Shown here: in pieces, positions 50,512 to 63,520 of the stretch | Layout of the letters: each line of letters begins with the position of its first letter | Numbering within the stretch: position 1 is the stretch's first letter | DNA from: Mobula birostris | Lineage: Eukaryota | Assembly: GCF_030028105.1 (NCBI RefSeq) | Contig: NC_092398.1 | Span: forward strand, 25,063,649-25,127,648 | DNA length: 64,000 bases | Direction of reading: 5' to 3' | Made by a program: the position numbers and the translations under genes | Notes under the pieces: generated by a model | What the model was told of the DNA's origin: nothing | Databases searched by the model: none | The model's input: only the letters and a program-made list of their open reading frames with translations

Positions 50512-50621
50512 CTTGACAACACTCAAGACCCGGGGATGGAGGGGGGCGGGGACGGAGGGGGTGTCAGCTGCCCTGAGCCAGAAACATGAACTTGAGGCCA
50601 TCAACAAAGGGGCAGGCCCAT
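50512..50621 (-). CDS. Candidate internal exon of an unidentified gene
   Basis: Acceptor after a (CT)n tract, ctctccag|AT at 50622/50621; donor AAG|gtaacg at 50512/50511; 110 nt. Only one frame is open: (D)GPAPLLMASSSCFWLRAADTPSVPAPLHPRVLSVVK. Confidence 0.45.
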
Positions 50622-50624
50622 CTG

Positions 50625-50634
50625 GAGAGTGAGT

Positions 50635-50665
<31 letters not shown>

Positions 50666-51170
50666 GAAGGAAAGAGGGAGGACGACAGAGAGGAAGAGGG
50701 AGGGAGACAGATAGAGAGGCAAAGAGGGGAAGAGAGGGAGGTTGGCAAAAAGAGAGGGAGAGGGAGAGTCGGGGCAGATGGGGGAGACAGCAGGCTGGGG
50801 AGATGGAGCAAGTGGAGGGCTTAGACTTGGGGGGGGAGAGATGGAGAGGGGGTGGACAGAGTGCTGGGAAAGAGAGAGGGAGATGAAGAGGGAAAGAGAG
50901 GGAGGGGAGAGAGAAGGAGATGAAGGGAGAAAGGAGGGAGGACCACAAGAAGGGAGAGAGAGAGAAAGGGAGACAAAGAGAGGGAGAGAGACAGGTGGAG
51001 GGTAGGGGGAGTCAGTGCAGGTGGGAGAGATGAAGTGGAGTAGAGACAGAGTAGGGGCTGATGGGGGTGATGGAGCTGGTGAGGGGGGGTTGGACAGAGC
51101 ACTGGGGAAGACAGAGAGGGAGGGAGAGGCAGACAGGGTGACTGAGAGAGAGAGACACACACACACACCC
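50625..51170. repeat. GA-rich low-complexity tract
   Basis: Purine-rich plus strand with (GA)n runs; supplies the polypyrimidine tract for the 50621 acceptor. Confidence 0.85.
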
Positions 51171-53547
51171 ACACATACCCCAATTTATAACACTAATCCT
51201 AATCCCTCGGTCCCTGACCCTGATCTGGTCCCTAGTCTTCCCTCATCTCCAGTCGTCATGTTACTCCTTACATCTGTTATAAATTTGCGATAAAAGTTCA
51301 GGATTTAGTTTAGGGACTTAGAGCTAGTTCCAGTGCATTTTTTCTTTGATAAGGGCACAAAAGTGTTCACAATACTCCAAGCGTTGTCTGACCAATGCTT
51401 TAAAAAGCCTCAGCATTGCATCCTTGCTTTTATGTTCTGGTCCTGTTGAAATGAGAGTTTCCCTCACCGTTGCCCCCCCCCCCCACCCCCTGCCATTTCT
51501 ACTCAAGCTATTGATTTCCCTTCAGCAATCTGGGGGCTGTTCCAATGACAGGAACAGGGAATGGGAGGTCACAGCTCACCCCCCTGCCCACTGACTAAAT
51601 TCTGCCACTCACTCAAATCTATATTTGGTTCCTCGAGCCTAAAAGAAACCACAGCGTGAATACTGAATGCAGTAGACGAGACTGGAAAAAATGTAAGTGA
51701 ATTACTTCTTGCCCCACAAGGAGCAGTCAGGTCCCAAGATGGTGGGACGGGAAGAGGTCAGAGTATTGTGAGCAGTTTTGGGCCCTTTAACTAAGAAAAG
51801 ATTTGCTGGCATTGGAGGTTCATGAGAAAGATCCTGGGAATGTAAGAGTTAATGTATGAGGAGCGTCTGATTTCTCCGGGCCTGAAGTCACTGGGATTTA
51901 GAAGAACGGGGGGGGGGGGGGGGGGGAGTTTCATTGTAACCTGCCAAATAGTGAAAGTCCTAGATAGAGGAGATGTGGAGAGGATGTTTCTTAAGTGGGG
52001 GAGTCTAGGACCAGAGGGCACAGCTGCAGAATAAGACATCACTTTAGAACAGAGATGAGGAGGAATTTCCTTAGTGGTGAATCTGTAAAATTCATTGCCA
52101 CAGTTGGCTGTGGAGGCCAAGTCAATGGGTAATTTAAAGTGGAAGCTGATAGGTTCTTGGTTGTGAAAAGTTATGGGACAAGGCTGGCGAATGGGGCAGA
52201 GAGGGGAAATGGGAAGAAGGAAAGGCAGAACATAATTGATGGGCTGAATGGCCTAACACTACTCCTGTGTCTTATGGTCTCTTCTGGCACATAGCAGTTG
52301 CAAGAGGAGGTGCTGTGAGAAGGGTGGTGGTGACAATCTGGGGTGACTTTGTTGTTGTTCGTCCATCGTCGACGTCGATGAGGACCTTGACACCAGATGG
52401 TGTCGAGACTAGTGCGTGATTTGGATTTAAGTGAAGGAGAGTTGCGCAGCGTCAGCCTCACTCTCTCTTCCCAATTTCCATCTGGGTCCAGTGGCAAAAC
52501 AGAGTTGAGATGGCTGGAGGTGGGAGTAGGTGCAGTGGATGACCAGGATGTCTTCTGTGTCTTGTCCTACTCTACACGTTCCATGACGCTTGCAGAGACT
52601 GCCTTCTTGACCGTTGGACCTTCCACTGGTCTCGTCCGGTCAATCCACTGGAGTCTGTCTTCACATGCTGGGATAGACAACTCCCTATCTCACCGAGGGT
52701 TTGAGACCCGTTGGCTACCCTCACCTGGTTTAGCCAGCTTGTCGAAGCCGTTGCCCGGGGTGTGGCTGTTGTCGCATGCAAACAGCTATGGGGAGCCACA
52801 GGTGAGAGCTGAGTGCCAGGTGGGGACCAAAGGTGGACTAATGACCTTGAAAAGGACGCAGTATGTTCCCCCACTAGAGGTGCTACCCCTCCCTGACACC
52901 CCATACACCCCAAAAGGTGTATAAAGTCACTCTTAAGTTGTTTTACTGTTGTCACATGCACCAAAGTATATAACAGACATTCATGCAGATCATACAGTGC
53001 ATTGAGGTAGAACAAGGTAAAATAAGAAAAGAATTCAGAATAAAATGTCACAGCAACAGAGAATGTTTTGCGGGATAGGGAATAAGGTTGAGATGGACTA
53101 CACTCCAGGGATCTGAATAAAGGTGGCTGTAGAGATCATGGAGACATTAATCATGATCTATCAAGAATCACTAGATTTATGAATGGTTCTGGGGTACTGG
53201 AAAGTTGCAAACGTCACTCCACTCTTCAAGAGGGGAGAGAGGCAAAAGAAAGGAAATGGTAGGCCAGTTAGTCTGACTGCAGTGGCTGGGAAGATATTGG
53301 AGCCGATTGTCAAGGAAGAGGTTTTGTGAGTACTTGGAGGCACATGATAAAATAGGCCATGGTTTCCTTAAGGGGATATCTTGCCTGACAAACCTGTTGG
53401 AATTCTTTGAGGAAATAACAGGCAGGATAGACAAAGGAGAGTCAGTGGGTTTTGTGTACTTCGATCTTCAGAAGGCCTTTGGCAAGTTGCCACACATAAA
53501 GCTGCCTAACAAGATAAGAGCCTGTGGTTTTACAGGAACTATACTCG

Positions 53548-54090
53548 TGTAACCGTCAGGTTTGGCAAGCAGATCACTCTTGGGAAAGACACCTCCGGTC
53601 CGGCCCAAACTTGAGAAATCTTGTTTGTGTGGATGCTACATGGTGTTCCCCTGTTACAAATCAGTACCATGAAATAACAAACAGTACACAATATGCAATT
53701 AAACGATTGAGCTTTATAATTCTTAATTTGACTATGGGGTTAGTAAAGAAACAAAAAAAAAGAAAAAGGGCCCATTCTCATGAAACAGTCTATTTCGCAG
53801 CATTGTAGCTCACGGTTTTCCCATCGGTTCATTCTCCCTCGATTTTCTCCCCGGGCATCAACTTCTGACCCCATTCCAAGTCTACAACCTCCCCGTTCTG
53901 ACATCTTCTCTCTCCATCTTCCGCCGACCAAAAAACCATGAATTCCTTCTCTCAGCCCCACAAGAAACAAACAACATGCCTCTCATTGGATGGTAGACAT
54001 TCCAAACCCCCATTATCTCTAGTCATAACCCAAACATTGCTGCTACAGAAAAACCATTACATTAGCAGCGAAACCTTACAGCACGTTACA
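53548..54090. mobile_element. Solo LTR inserted in CR1
   Basis: Termini TGTAAC...GTTACA; flanks ctcg/ctag (4-bp TSD, one mismatch); CR1 RT sequence is continuous across it. Confidence 0.75.
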
Positions 54091-54499
54091 CTAGCATGGA
54101 GAAAGCGGTGGCTGATTGGCAGGTGACAAAGAGTGAGAATTAAGGCAGCCTTTTCTGGTTGGCTGCCAGTGACTAGTGGTGTTCCACAGGGGACAGTGTT
54201 GGGACCGATTCTTTCTTCTTTATATGTCACTGAGTTGGATGACGGAATTGATGGCTTTGTTGCAAAGTTTGCAGATGATATGAAGGTAGATGGAGGGGCA
54301 TGTAGTTTTCAAGAAGTAGAGGGGCTACAAAAGAATTTAGACAGATTAAGAGAGTGGACAAAGAAGTGGCACATGGAATACAGTGTCAGGATACACTGGC
54401 CAAATTCAGGAAATTGGGAGATGCTGAGGGGGCACCCTGGTTTGCATGGATTGGCTGGGCCGAAAGGACTGTATCCATGCTGGATTGCTCTATGTCTTT

Positions 54500-56260
54500 C
54501 TGAAACTCTATGATATGAGGTAGAAGCTCATGAGGTTGAAAACCCCAAGGCATTCTACCAGTATGTGAAGAGCGAGAGGATAAGATGTGAGAGAATAGGA
54601 CCAATCAGGTGTGACAGTGGAAAAGTGTGTATGGAAGAGGAGGAGATAGCAGAGGTACTTAATGAATACTTTGCTTCAGTATTCACTATGGAAAAGGATC
54701 TTGGCGATTGTAGGCATGACTTGCAGCAGACTGAAAAGCTTGAGCATGTAGATATTAAGGAAGAGGATGTGTTGTAGCTCTTGGAAAGCATCAAGTTGGA
54801 TAAGTCATCAGGACCGGACAAGATGTACCCCAAGCTACTGTGGGAAGCGAGGGAGGAGATTGCTGAGCCTCTGGTGATGATCCTTGCATCATCAATGGGG
54901 ACGGGAGAGGTTCCAGAAGATTGGAGGGTTGCGGATGTTCTCCCTTATTCAAGAAAGGGAGTAGAGATAGCCCATGAAATTATAGACCAGTGAGTCTTAC
55001 TTCAGTGGTTGGTAAGTTGAAGGAGAAGATCTGAGATACAGGACTTATGAACATTTGGAGAGATATAGCACGTTTAGGAACAGCCAGCATGGCTTTGTGA
55101 AAGGCAGGTCATGCCTTACGAGCCTGACTGAATTTTTTGAAGATGGGACTAGACACATTGATGAAGGTAGAGCAGTAGATATAGTGTATATGGATTTCAG
55201 CAAAGCATTTGACAAGGTACCCCATGCAAGGCTTATTGAGGAAATAAGGAGGCATGGGATCCAAGGGGACATTGCTTTGTGGATCCAGAACTGACTAGCC
55301 CACAGAAGGCAAAGAGTGGTTGTAGACGGGTCATTTTCGGCATAGAGGCCGGTCACCAGTGGTGTGCCTGCTCTGGGACCCCTGCTCTTCGTGATTATTA
55401 TAAATGACCTGGCTGAAGAAGTGGAGGGAATGGGTTAGTAAATTTTGCTGATGACACACAGATTGGGGGTGTTGTGAATAGTGTGGAGGGCTGTCAGAGG
55501 TTACAGCGGGACATTGATAGGATGCAAAACTGGGCTGAGAAATGGCAGCTGGAGTTCAAACCAGATAAGTGCGAGGTGGTTCATTTTGGTTGGTCAAATA
55601 TGATGGCAGAATATAGTATTAATGACAAAGCTCTTGGCAGAGTGGATGATCAGAGGGATCTTGGGGTCTCCGTCTACAGGACACTCAAAGCTGCTGCACA
55701 GGTTGACTCTGTGCTTAAGAAAGTTTACGGTGCATTGGCCTTCATCAATTGTAGGATTGAGCTTAGGAGCCGAGAGGTATTGTTGCAGCTATATACTGTG
55801 GGAGCCTGGTCAGACTTGGAGTACTGTGCTCAGTTCTGGTCGCCTCACTGTAGGAAGGATGCAGAAACCATAGAAAGGGTGCAGAGGAGACTGACAAGGA
55901 TGTTGCCTGGATTGGGGAGCATGCCTTATGAGAATACGTTGAATGAACTCGGCCTTTGTTCCTTGGAGTGGTGGAGGATGAGAGGTGACCTGATAGAGGT
56001 GTATAAGATGATGAGAGGCATTGATCGTGTGGATAGTCAGAGGCCTTTTCCCAGGGCTGGAATGGCTAGCATGAGAGGGCACGGTTTTAAGGTGCTTGGA
56101 AGTAGGTACAGAGGAGATGTCAGGGTTAAGTTTTTTACGCAGAGAGTGGTGAGTGTGTGGAATGGGCTGCCGGCGATGGTGGTGGAGGCGGATACGATAG
56201 GGTCTTTTAAGAGATTCCTGGACAGGTACATGAAGCTCAGAAAAATAGAGGGCTGTGTAT
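54500..56260 (+). mobile_element. CR1 LINE RT and C-terminus relic
   Basis: ORFs 54565-54777, 54781-54993, 55055-55294 (YMDFSKAFD) and 55474-56262. Confidence 0.9.
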
Positions 56261-58888
56261 AACCCTAGGTAATTTCTAAGGTAAGGACATGTTCGGCACA
56301 GCTTTGTGGGCCGACTGGCTTGTATTATGCTGTAGGTTTCCTATGTTTCTATGGTTCTATTCTCCTTCACCTTGTCTTCTAGGGCAACTTCATGCCTTCT
56401 TTTAGCTCTCCTGATTAATTTCTTAAATGTTCTCTTGCTTTTCTGATACCACATAAGCACCTCATTTGTCCCAACCTGCCTATACCTGCCATGCACCTCC
56501 CTTTTCTCTTAACCAAAGCCTCATTAGCTCTTGAAAACTAAGCTTCCCTCTACCTATTACCTTTACCTTTTATTCTGATACATTCTCAAAAAACTTTGTA
56601 CTCTCAAAATTTCACTTGTGAAGGCCTCCCACTTACCAAGTGCGCCTGTGCCAGAAAACAGTTTGTCCCAGTCCATTTCTGACTATCAAATTGGTCCTTC
56701 ACCAATTTAGAATCTGAACCCGCAGACCCGACCTATCATTTTGCATATTTACTTTCAAACTAATTGGATTGTGATCACGAGATGCAAAGTGTTCACCTGC
56801 ACCAGTGATTCCCAACGGGGGGTGTTATGTGATTTAAGAGGCCATTAGAGGAAATGGAAGTTGGCCAGGGGCATTCAAGATTCTTAGGGATGGGGGGAGG
56901 ACAGTAAGTGGCACCCTAACTTGAGGCTCGAGAGCTGACCAACCGCTAGTAGAGTAGGCACTTCCAAAAAAAAGGATGAGGCACTGGAACACAGGAAGAA
57001 CCACAGCTTAGCAGGCAGTGAGCACCCGTCGTCACAACATGTCAGAAATTCGACAGTCTCATCCGACCTTACTAGCCAAGCAGACATTACTGCGGATGCA
57101 TAATTTAGCAACCAGGGTGTCCAACAGCTCCCCTTGACTCATGACACAGAACGAGTTCATGCAATTTAACAGTTGATAGGTCAAGTACACCCTCTCAACT
57201 TTCTCTACAGATCAATGGAAAACAGGTCACGCAACGATACAGTGCTGGCCGGAACCAAATAGTGAAATAGAGTCAATTAGTGAACCTGCCGACTCCCGGG
57301 ATTCCTCTTGAAGTGTTCAAAGTGACCTCGGCTTCTTATGTGCGTTCAAGAACCACCTTTGGGGATTGTGAGACCTTACTTGATTGATCAATCACTCCAA
57401 CTGGAATAGTACACACATTCTTTCTCTCACTCTCCTTTTTCTCCCTCTTTTCCTCTGACTATAATCCTTGCCCATCCTCTGGGTTCCCCCCCTCCCCCTT
57501 TTCCTTCTCCCTGGGCCTCCTGTCCCATGATCCTCTCATATCCCTTTTGCCAATCACCTGTCCAGCTCTTGGCTCCATCCCTCCCCCTCCTGTCTTCTCC
57601 TATCATTTTGGATCTCCCCCTCCCCCTCCCACTTTCAAATCTCTTACTAGCTCTTCCTTCAGTTAGTCCTGACAAAGGGTCTCGTCCTGAAACGTCGACT
57701 CTACCTCTTCCTAGAGATGCTGCCTGGCCTAGTGCGTTCACCAGCAACTTTGATGTGTGTTGATAGTATAAAGGTAGCTTGCCGAACACCAGTTCTGCCC
57801 CAACCAACGTTCAGATTCCAACCTGAATCCTTGTCAGCGTAATTTCCGCTGTTGTGATCGTCTTCATCTTCGCCTGGCTGTTCCTTTGCGTGCCGCTACC
57901 ATTGTTCCATCCATGTCAGCTCGCTGTTGCTGCTGTTGTTAACATCTGATAGGCATTCCCAGTTTGTGTAAACTTTTTATTTTAATTTAGCCCCATTTAC
58001 GATGGATAAATACATACGGCGCTATCTCTATGAGTCTGAAGGTAGTGAAGCCTTGAATTCTAATCCTGCTGAGAAACAGAAACTACAAAAAAGTGTGTCA
58101 ATACAAAGTTACATACCTGGAATATGGTTTTATTCCATCTCATCAGATCAGCAATGCCTCATGTCTCTTATTTATAATACTGTACTGTCTAATGAAGCAT
58201 AAAACCATCAAGATTGCAGGAACACTTCAGTAAAAGACACCTGGAAAAAGCTACTTATGGTATTACTCAGTTCCAGAAGATGAAAGACGCATTGGAAAAG
58301 CATTGCACACCTGAGTCATTTGCCAAGAAAGCTAAAAATGACCATGCTAGTGGTCTCATTGCTTCTGATAACATTTCCAAAATGATAGCAAAGTGTGGAA
58401 AATCACATACACTTCATGAAATATTAATAATGCCTGCTGTATCAGAAGTGCTCACCACTGTTCTCAAAATGATGCCAGTATTTTAAAATCAATTCCTTTG
58501 AGTAATAACTCTCCAGCTCATCATAGTGATGAAATGAGTGAAGACATTGAGTATCAACTAGGCACAGAACTACAAAAAACATAATTTGGGATACAACTGG
58601 ATTTGTGAACTGTGCGAGACAACGAGGCATTGCTAATAGCACATGTACAGTTTATCAAAAATGGAAAAGTTTATGAAGAGATTCTCTTCTTTAAAAAGTT
58701 AAAAACAAATATCAATTGAGAATCAATCTATGAAGAGCTTAAAATGTATTTGAGGATGAAAGTATCCTGATTAGGAACGTGATTTCTTGTGCAACAGACG
58801 GAACACCATAAATGATGGGTTGCTATGCTGGGTCAGTGGCATTTATGTAAAAAAAAATCCATGTCTGTTTACAATCCATTGTCTAAAG

Positions 58889-60279
58889 TAATGGTCGCAA
58901 AGCAGTCAATCATGATCGACCAGTCAATCTTTGAGACTTTCCCAGTAAATCCCAAAAAAAAAGAAAAATAAATACACAAATACTGTTGTAATGTGAGCAT
59001 TATAAAAATAAGTAATACTAATTAGGATAATGGTAATATAACAATGCTCCCACTACGGAAAGCTATTTGTAAAGAGAGGTTGTTTCCAGGGTTGTGGGGT
59101 TTTACTTCCGTTCTTTCTGCCCGGTGCGCATCTCCATTTGGTGGCTGAGTCGCGGCAAAGTGCTGCAACGATTTGTTGACTTGCTGCCTGAGATAAAGAC
59201 TTTTCTGTCGACAAGAAATGAGGAGCACGAGGAACTGTCAGATGATGCATGGCTACTGGATTTAGGGTTTCTGACAGACCTAATGGATAAATTAAAAGCA
59301 TTTAACAACGTTAAGACCAACACCTGCCCCACATGATAAGCGCAGTAAATGCGTTTAAGGCCAAGCTCCGTGCTTGGATTTCAAATTTAAAGAACGGGAG
59401 GCTGACACACTTTCCCAACTTGGAGAAAATGTTACAGGCCATCAAGGAAAAAAGTGCTTTTCGCCCTGAACAGTGCTGTGCTTACCTGGACAAACTGGCA
59501 GTAGAGTTTGGTCGGCATTTTGGGGAGTTAAACATCATGAAAGATATTGCTGCATTTATTTCAAACCCATTTCTGTCGATCAATATAGAACAGATAGCAG
59601 CCAAATTCCACCTAGTACTTGGTGTGCCAAGTGACATTGAAATGGAAATAATTGATTTGCAAAATGACATTGAGCTTAAAGCAAAATCAAGGGACGGTGA
59701 CCTTTGGGGGTTTGTCAGCAGGGAGAAGTTTACTCATCTCACCACATGTGCACTAAAAGTCAGTGCCCACTTTGGGTCAACTTATCTTGTGAAATTGCAT
59801 TTTCACAGATGAAAATTATTAAATCTAAGTACAGGAGCCGTCTTACTGACAGACACCTCACAAACTGTCTCAGACTGGCTGTCTGTAGTTATGAGCCAAA
59901 TTTCAGGGAACTAGCAGAAAGTATTCAGCCCCAGTCATCACACCGAGTGCAACAGTCAATTTTTATTATTTATTTTTTGTGTTGAAATAAAATTAAATCA
60001 TGAAACTTAGAATTAAAGGTATGAAGTATTGTAATGTTCTTAAAGAAAGACAGCTATGGCCTGTTTGATATGCTAGTTACAGTGTTTTCTTGGTTGAAAT
60101 AATTTGAAAGTCTGACAAAAGCATTTTATGTAATTCAAATACAATTAGCCTAAATAAAAGACCTCAAGTTGGAAGTACAATCTGAGCTGTTTTCTCTCTA
60201 ACCGATTTAGTAGGTAGATCTTGCCTTTCACTAAGGCCGAGGTAGGGGATCTTGGGCTTAAAAAGGTTGGCGACCACTG
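58889..60279 (+). mobile_element. Second, internally deleted hAT element nested in the first
   Basis: Right TIR ttggcgaccactg, degenerate left TIR taatggtcgcaa; TSD gtctaaag/gtctaaat. Transposase C-terminal relics 59094-59985 (WLSRGKVLQRF, FGSTYLCE-like). Confidence 0.8.
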
Positions 60280-60510
60280 GTCTAAATCATCGTCAACATC
60301 TTGGAGCCAAAAACCTCAATCGGCGACTTTTTTCAAGCATGACTCTTGTAATATCTGCTAGCAACAAAATTAAAGCTCATCCTTTAAATAGCAGAATATT
60401 TTGCCAGTTATGCCAAGATAATGATGAAAATTTTAAATGCTTGTTTCTTTACACTGAAATGCATTGGCTGTCAAAGGTCTGTTACTTAAAATGTTTCTTT
60501 GATTTTTTTT

Positions 60511-61169
60511 TAGATTATGAGGACACGCAGTCCTCTTATATTGTCATTTAGTAATGCATGCATTAAGAAACGATACAATGTTCCTCCAGTGTGATATCAC
60601 AGAAAAACAAGACAGATCAAGACTGAAAAACTGACAAAAACCACATAATTATAACGTGTAGTTACAACGGTGCAAGTAATACCACAATTTATTAGAAGAA
60701 CAGACCATGGGCACGGTAAGAAAAGTCTCAAGATCTCTCGAAAGTCCCAACATCTCATGCAGATGGTAGAAGGAAGAAAACTCTTCCTGCCATGAGCTTC
60801 CAGCGTCACAAACTTGCTGATGCAGCACCCTGGAAGCACCCGACCACAGTCCATCCGAAAACTTCGAGCCTCCAGCCAGCCCTCCGACACCAAGCGCCGA
60901 GCACCATCTCTGCCGAGCGCTTCGACCCCAGCCCCGGCCTCCAGCAACAGGCAAAGCCGAAGATTTGGGGCCTTTCCTCTGGAGATTCTCGATCACACAG
61001 TAGCAGCGGCAGCAAACCAGGCATTTCGGAAGTTCTCCAGATGTTTCTCCATGCTTTTCACGTCCGTCTCCATCACATCAGGATTGTGCACGGCCCCTAT
61101 TTAACAAATACGATATCATTTCACCAGAGAGGCCGCACGCGCTGCATCGCGCCACCATCTTCTCCTCCC
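60511..61169 (-). mobile_element. Copy E of the ~630-bp family, inside the hAT transposase relic
   Basis: Same termini; the hAT frame resumes after it. Confidence 0.8.
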
Positions 61170-62559
61170 TTTTTGCCACTGTGGCTGAATTTTTGCTCAA
61201 AGTAGACAAGAGCTTGGGGAACAAGATTGAACTTCTACATGGAAATTTAGCATACCTAGCCAATCTATATGGCGAAATGAACATTCTAAATATAAATGAG
61301 AATTTCAATTTAATCCAGGCAAAAAGTGCAGTGTCCACTTTTATCAGAAAGTTGGAAATATATAAGCAAAATATTGGGTGAAAAATATTCTCACAGTTTC
61401 CCTGCATGGAAAGTATGGCTCTCCCTTTCACAGATGATGATTTGCAAAAGTACTGCTTACACCTGCAGTCACTGAAAAAGGATTTTCCGAGTCAATTTGA
61501 ACGATCTGGAAATTCCGGACCAGGTGTTTAACCCATTTCTTTGCAAGGTGGAAGAACAGCAAGGGAGCTCGCAAGAAGAAATGATCAAAATTCAGTGTGA
61601 TGAAAAAGCAAAAATGCTTTTCAAAACTGTCGGCTTTTGTGATATTTGGCTACACTGTCATAGAAAGTTTCATGGTCTTTGGAGAAGAGCCAAACTGCTC
61701 TTCATTGCATTTCCATCCTCTTACCCTGTTGAAAGATGCTTCATTGCAGTGAATCACAAATTCACAAAAGCAGAATTGCTTGGTCATTGTTATATGTGGG
61801 GACTTAAGGCTTTTGCTGTCACAACTTGAATCAGATATTTCAACTCTTGCTAAAAACCTTCAAGGTCAAGGCTCATATTGATATCGAAGCTGCTGTGCAG
61901 TGTGTAGGTACAGTGTAAGACAAATAAGAATTTAAAGAAGAATCAGTTTTCTCATGTTAGCATATAGTAGACATGTTATTATGCTATGGGGGTGCTGGAA
62001 AGTACATTGTGGTAAGTATAAAGGTGCTTTAGGAGGGCATTAGGCTAAAACCTGTTCAGAAACACTGACCTACACAAACTCCTGTCACCTGCCCTAATTT
62101 GACAAACTCTATCCCATCTCGTCCTTTTACAGCATGGGAGTCCCAGTCAATGTGTGTAAAGTTAAAATCACCTTCTATAACAACCTTATGTTTCCTGAAA
62201 CTGTCTGTGATCTCCCTACAGATTTATTCCTCTAAATCCCTCGGACTGTTGGGTCGTCTGTAATATAGTCCCATGAACATAGTCATACCTTTCTTTTTTC
62301 TCAGAGTGCCTCACTAGACGAGTTCCCCAGTCTGTCTCGATTGAGCACTGCTGTGACATTTTCTTTGACAAGTAATGCCAGCCCTCCTGCTTTAAACCAT
62401 CCTACTCTGTTGCATCTAAAACAGACCCTGGAATATTGAGCTGCCAGTCCTGACCCTCCTACAACCAGGTCTCACCAATGGCTATAATATCATAACTCCA
62501 AGTGTTAATTCATGCCCTAAGCTCATCCACCTTTCCTACGCTACTTCTTGCATTGAAAT

Positions 62560-63520
62560 ATACACAGCTCACTGTACACCCATGATTGTGGAGCCAAGTT
62601 TCCATCAAACTCAATGTATAAGTTTGCTGAATACACTACAATTGTAGGCCATATCTTGGGTAATGATGAGTTTGAGTACAGAGAGGAAATTAAGAACCTG
62701 ATGGCATGGTGCGAAAACAATAACCTATCCCTCAACGTCAGCAAGACGAAGGAATTGGTTGTTGACTTCAGAAGGAGTAGCGGACCGCACGACCCCACTT
62801 ACATCGGTGGTGCCCAAGTGGAACAGGTCAAAAGCTTTAAGTTCCTCGGGGTCAATATCACAAATGACCTGACTTGGTCCAACCAAGCAAAGTCCACTGC
62901 CAAGAAGGCCCACCAGTGCCTTTACTCCTGAGAAAACTAAAGAAATTTGGCCTGTCCCCTAAAACCCACACTAATTTTTATAGATGCACCGTAGAAAGCA
63001 TTCTTCTAGGGTGCATCACAACCTGGAATGGAAATTGTCCTGTCCAAGACCGGGAGAACCTGCAGAAGATTGGCAACACAGCCCAGCACATCACACAAAC
63101 CAATCTTCCGTCCTTGGACTCACTTTACACAGCACGCTGTCGGAGCGGTGCTGCCAGGATAATCAAGGACACAACCCACCCAGCCAACACACTTTTTGTT
63201 CCTCTTCCCACCAGGAGAAGGCTCAGGAGCTTGAAGACTCGTACGGCCAGATTTGGGAACAGCTTCTTTCCAACTGCGATAAGACCGCTGAACGGATCCT
63301 GACCTGGATCTGGGCCGTACCCTCCAAGTATCCGGACCTGCCTCTAATTTTTTTTGCACTACCTTACTTTCCCTTCTCTATTTTCTATTTATGATTTATA
63401 ATTAAAATTTTAATATTTACTATCGATTTGTACTCCAGGGAGCGCGAAGCGCAGAATCAAATATCACTGTGATGATTGTAGGCTCCAGTATCAATTGTTT
63501 GGCGACAATAAAGTAAAGTA
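62560..63520 (+). mobile_element. Rex1/Babar LINE 3' portion
   Basis: ORFs 62614-62931 (LNVSKTKELVVDFRR, FKFLGV) and 62874-63302 (FYRCTVESIL, NSFFPTAIR). Confidence 0.88.

Larger units (their letters stand above)
56803..62067 (+). mobile_element. hAT DNA transposon relic with nested insertions
   Basis: TIRs cagtgattcccaac and (reverse complement) cagtgtttctgaac; 8-bp TSD acctgcac/acctacac. Transposase relics in 58002-58486, 60288-60500 (HRQHLGAK...YTEMHWLSK), 61181-61381 and 61497-61829. Host is a CR1 endonuclease region. Confidence 0.85.

Noticed and set aside
50564-51293. Ser/Leu/Pro- and Glu/Arg-rich ORFs
   Set aside because: Products of a GA-rich low-complexity tract.
57830-57950. Hydrophobic TM-like frame VISAVVIVFIFAWLFLCV
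   Set aside because: Short, bounded by stops, and inside the hAT 5' region; no linked exons.
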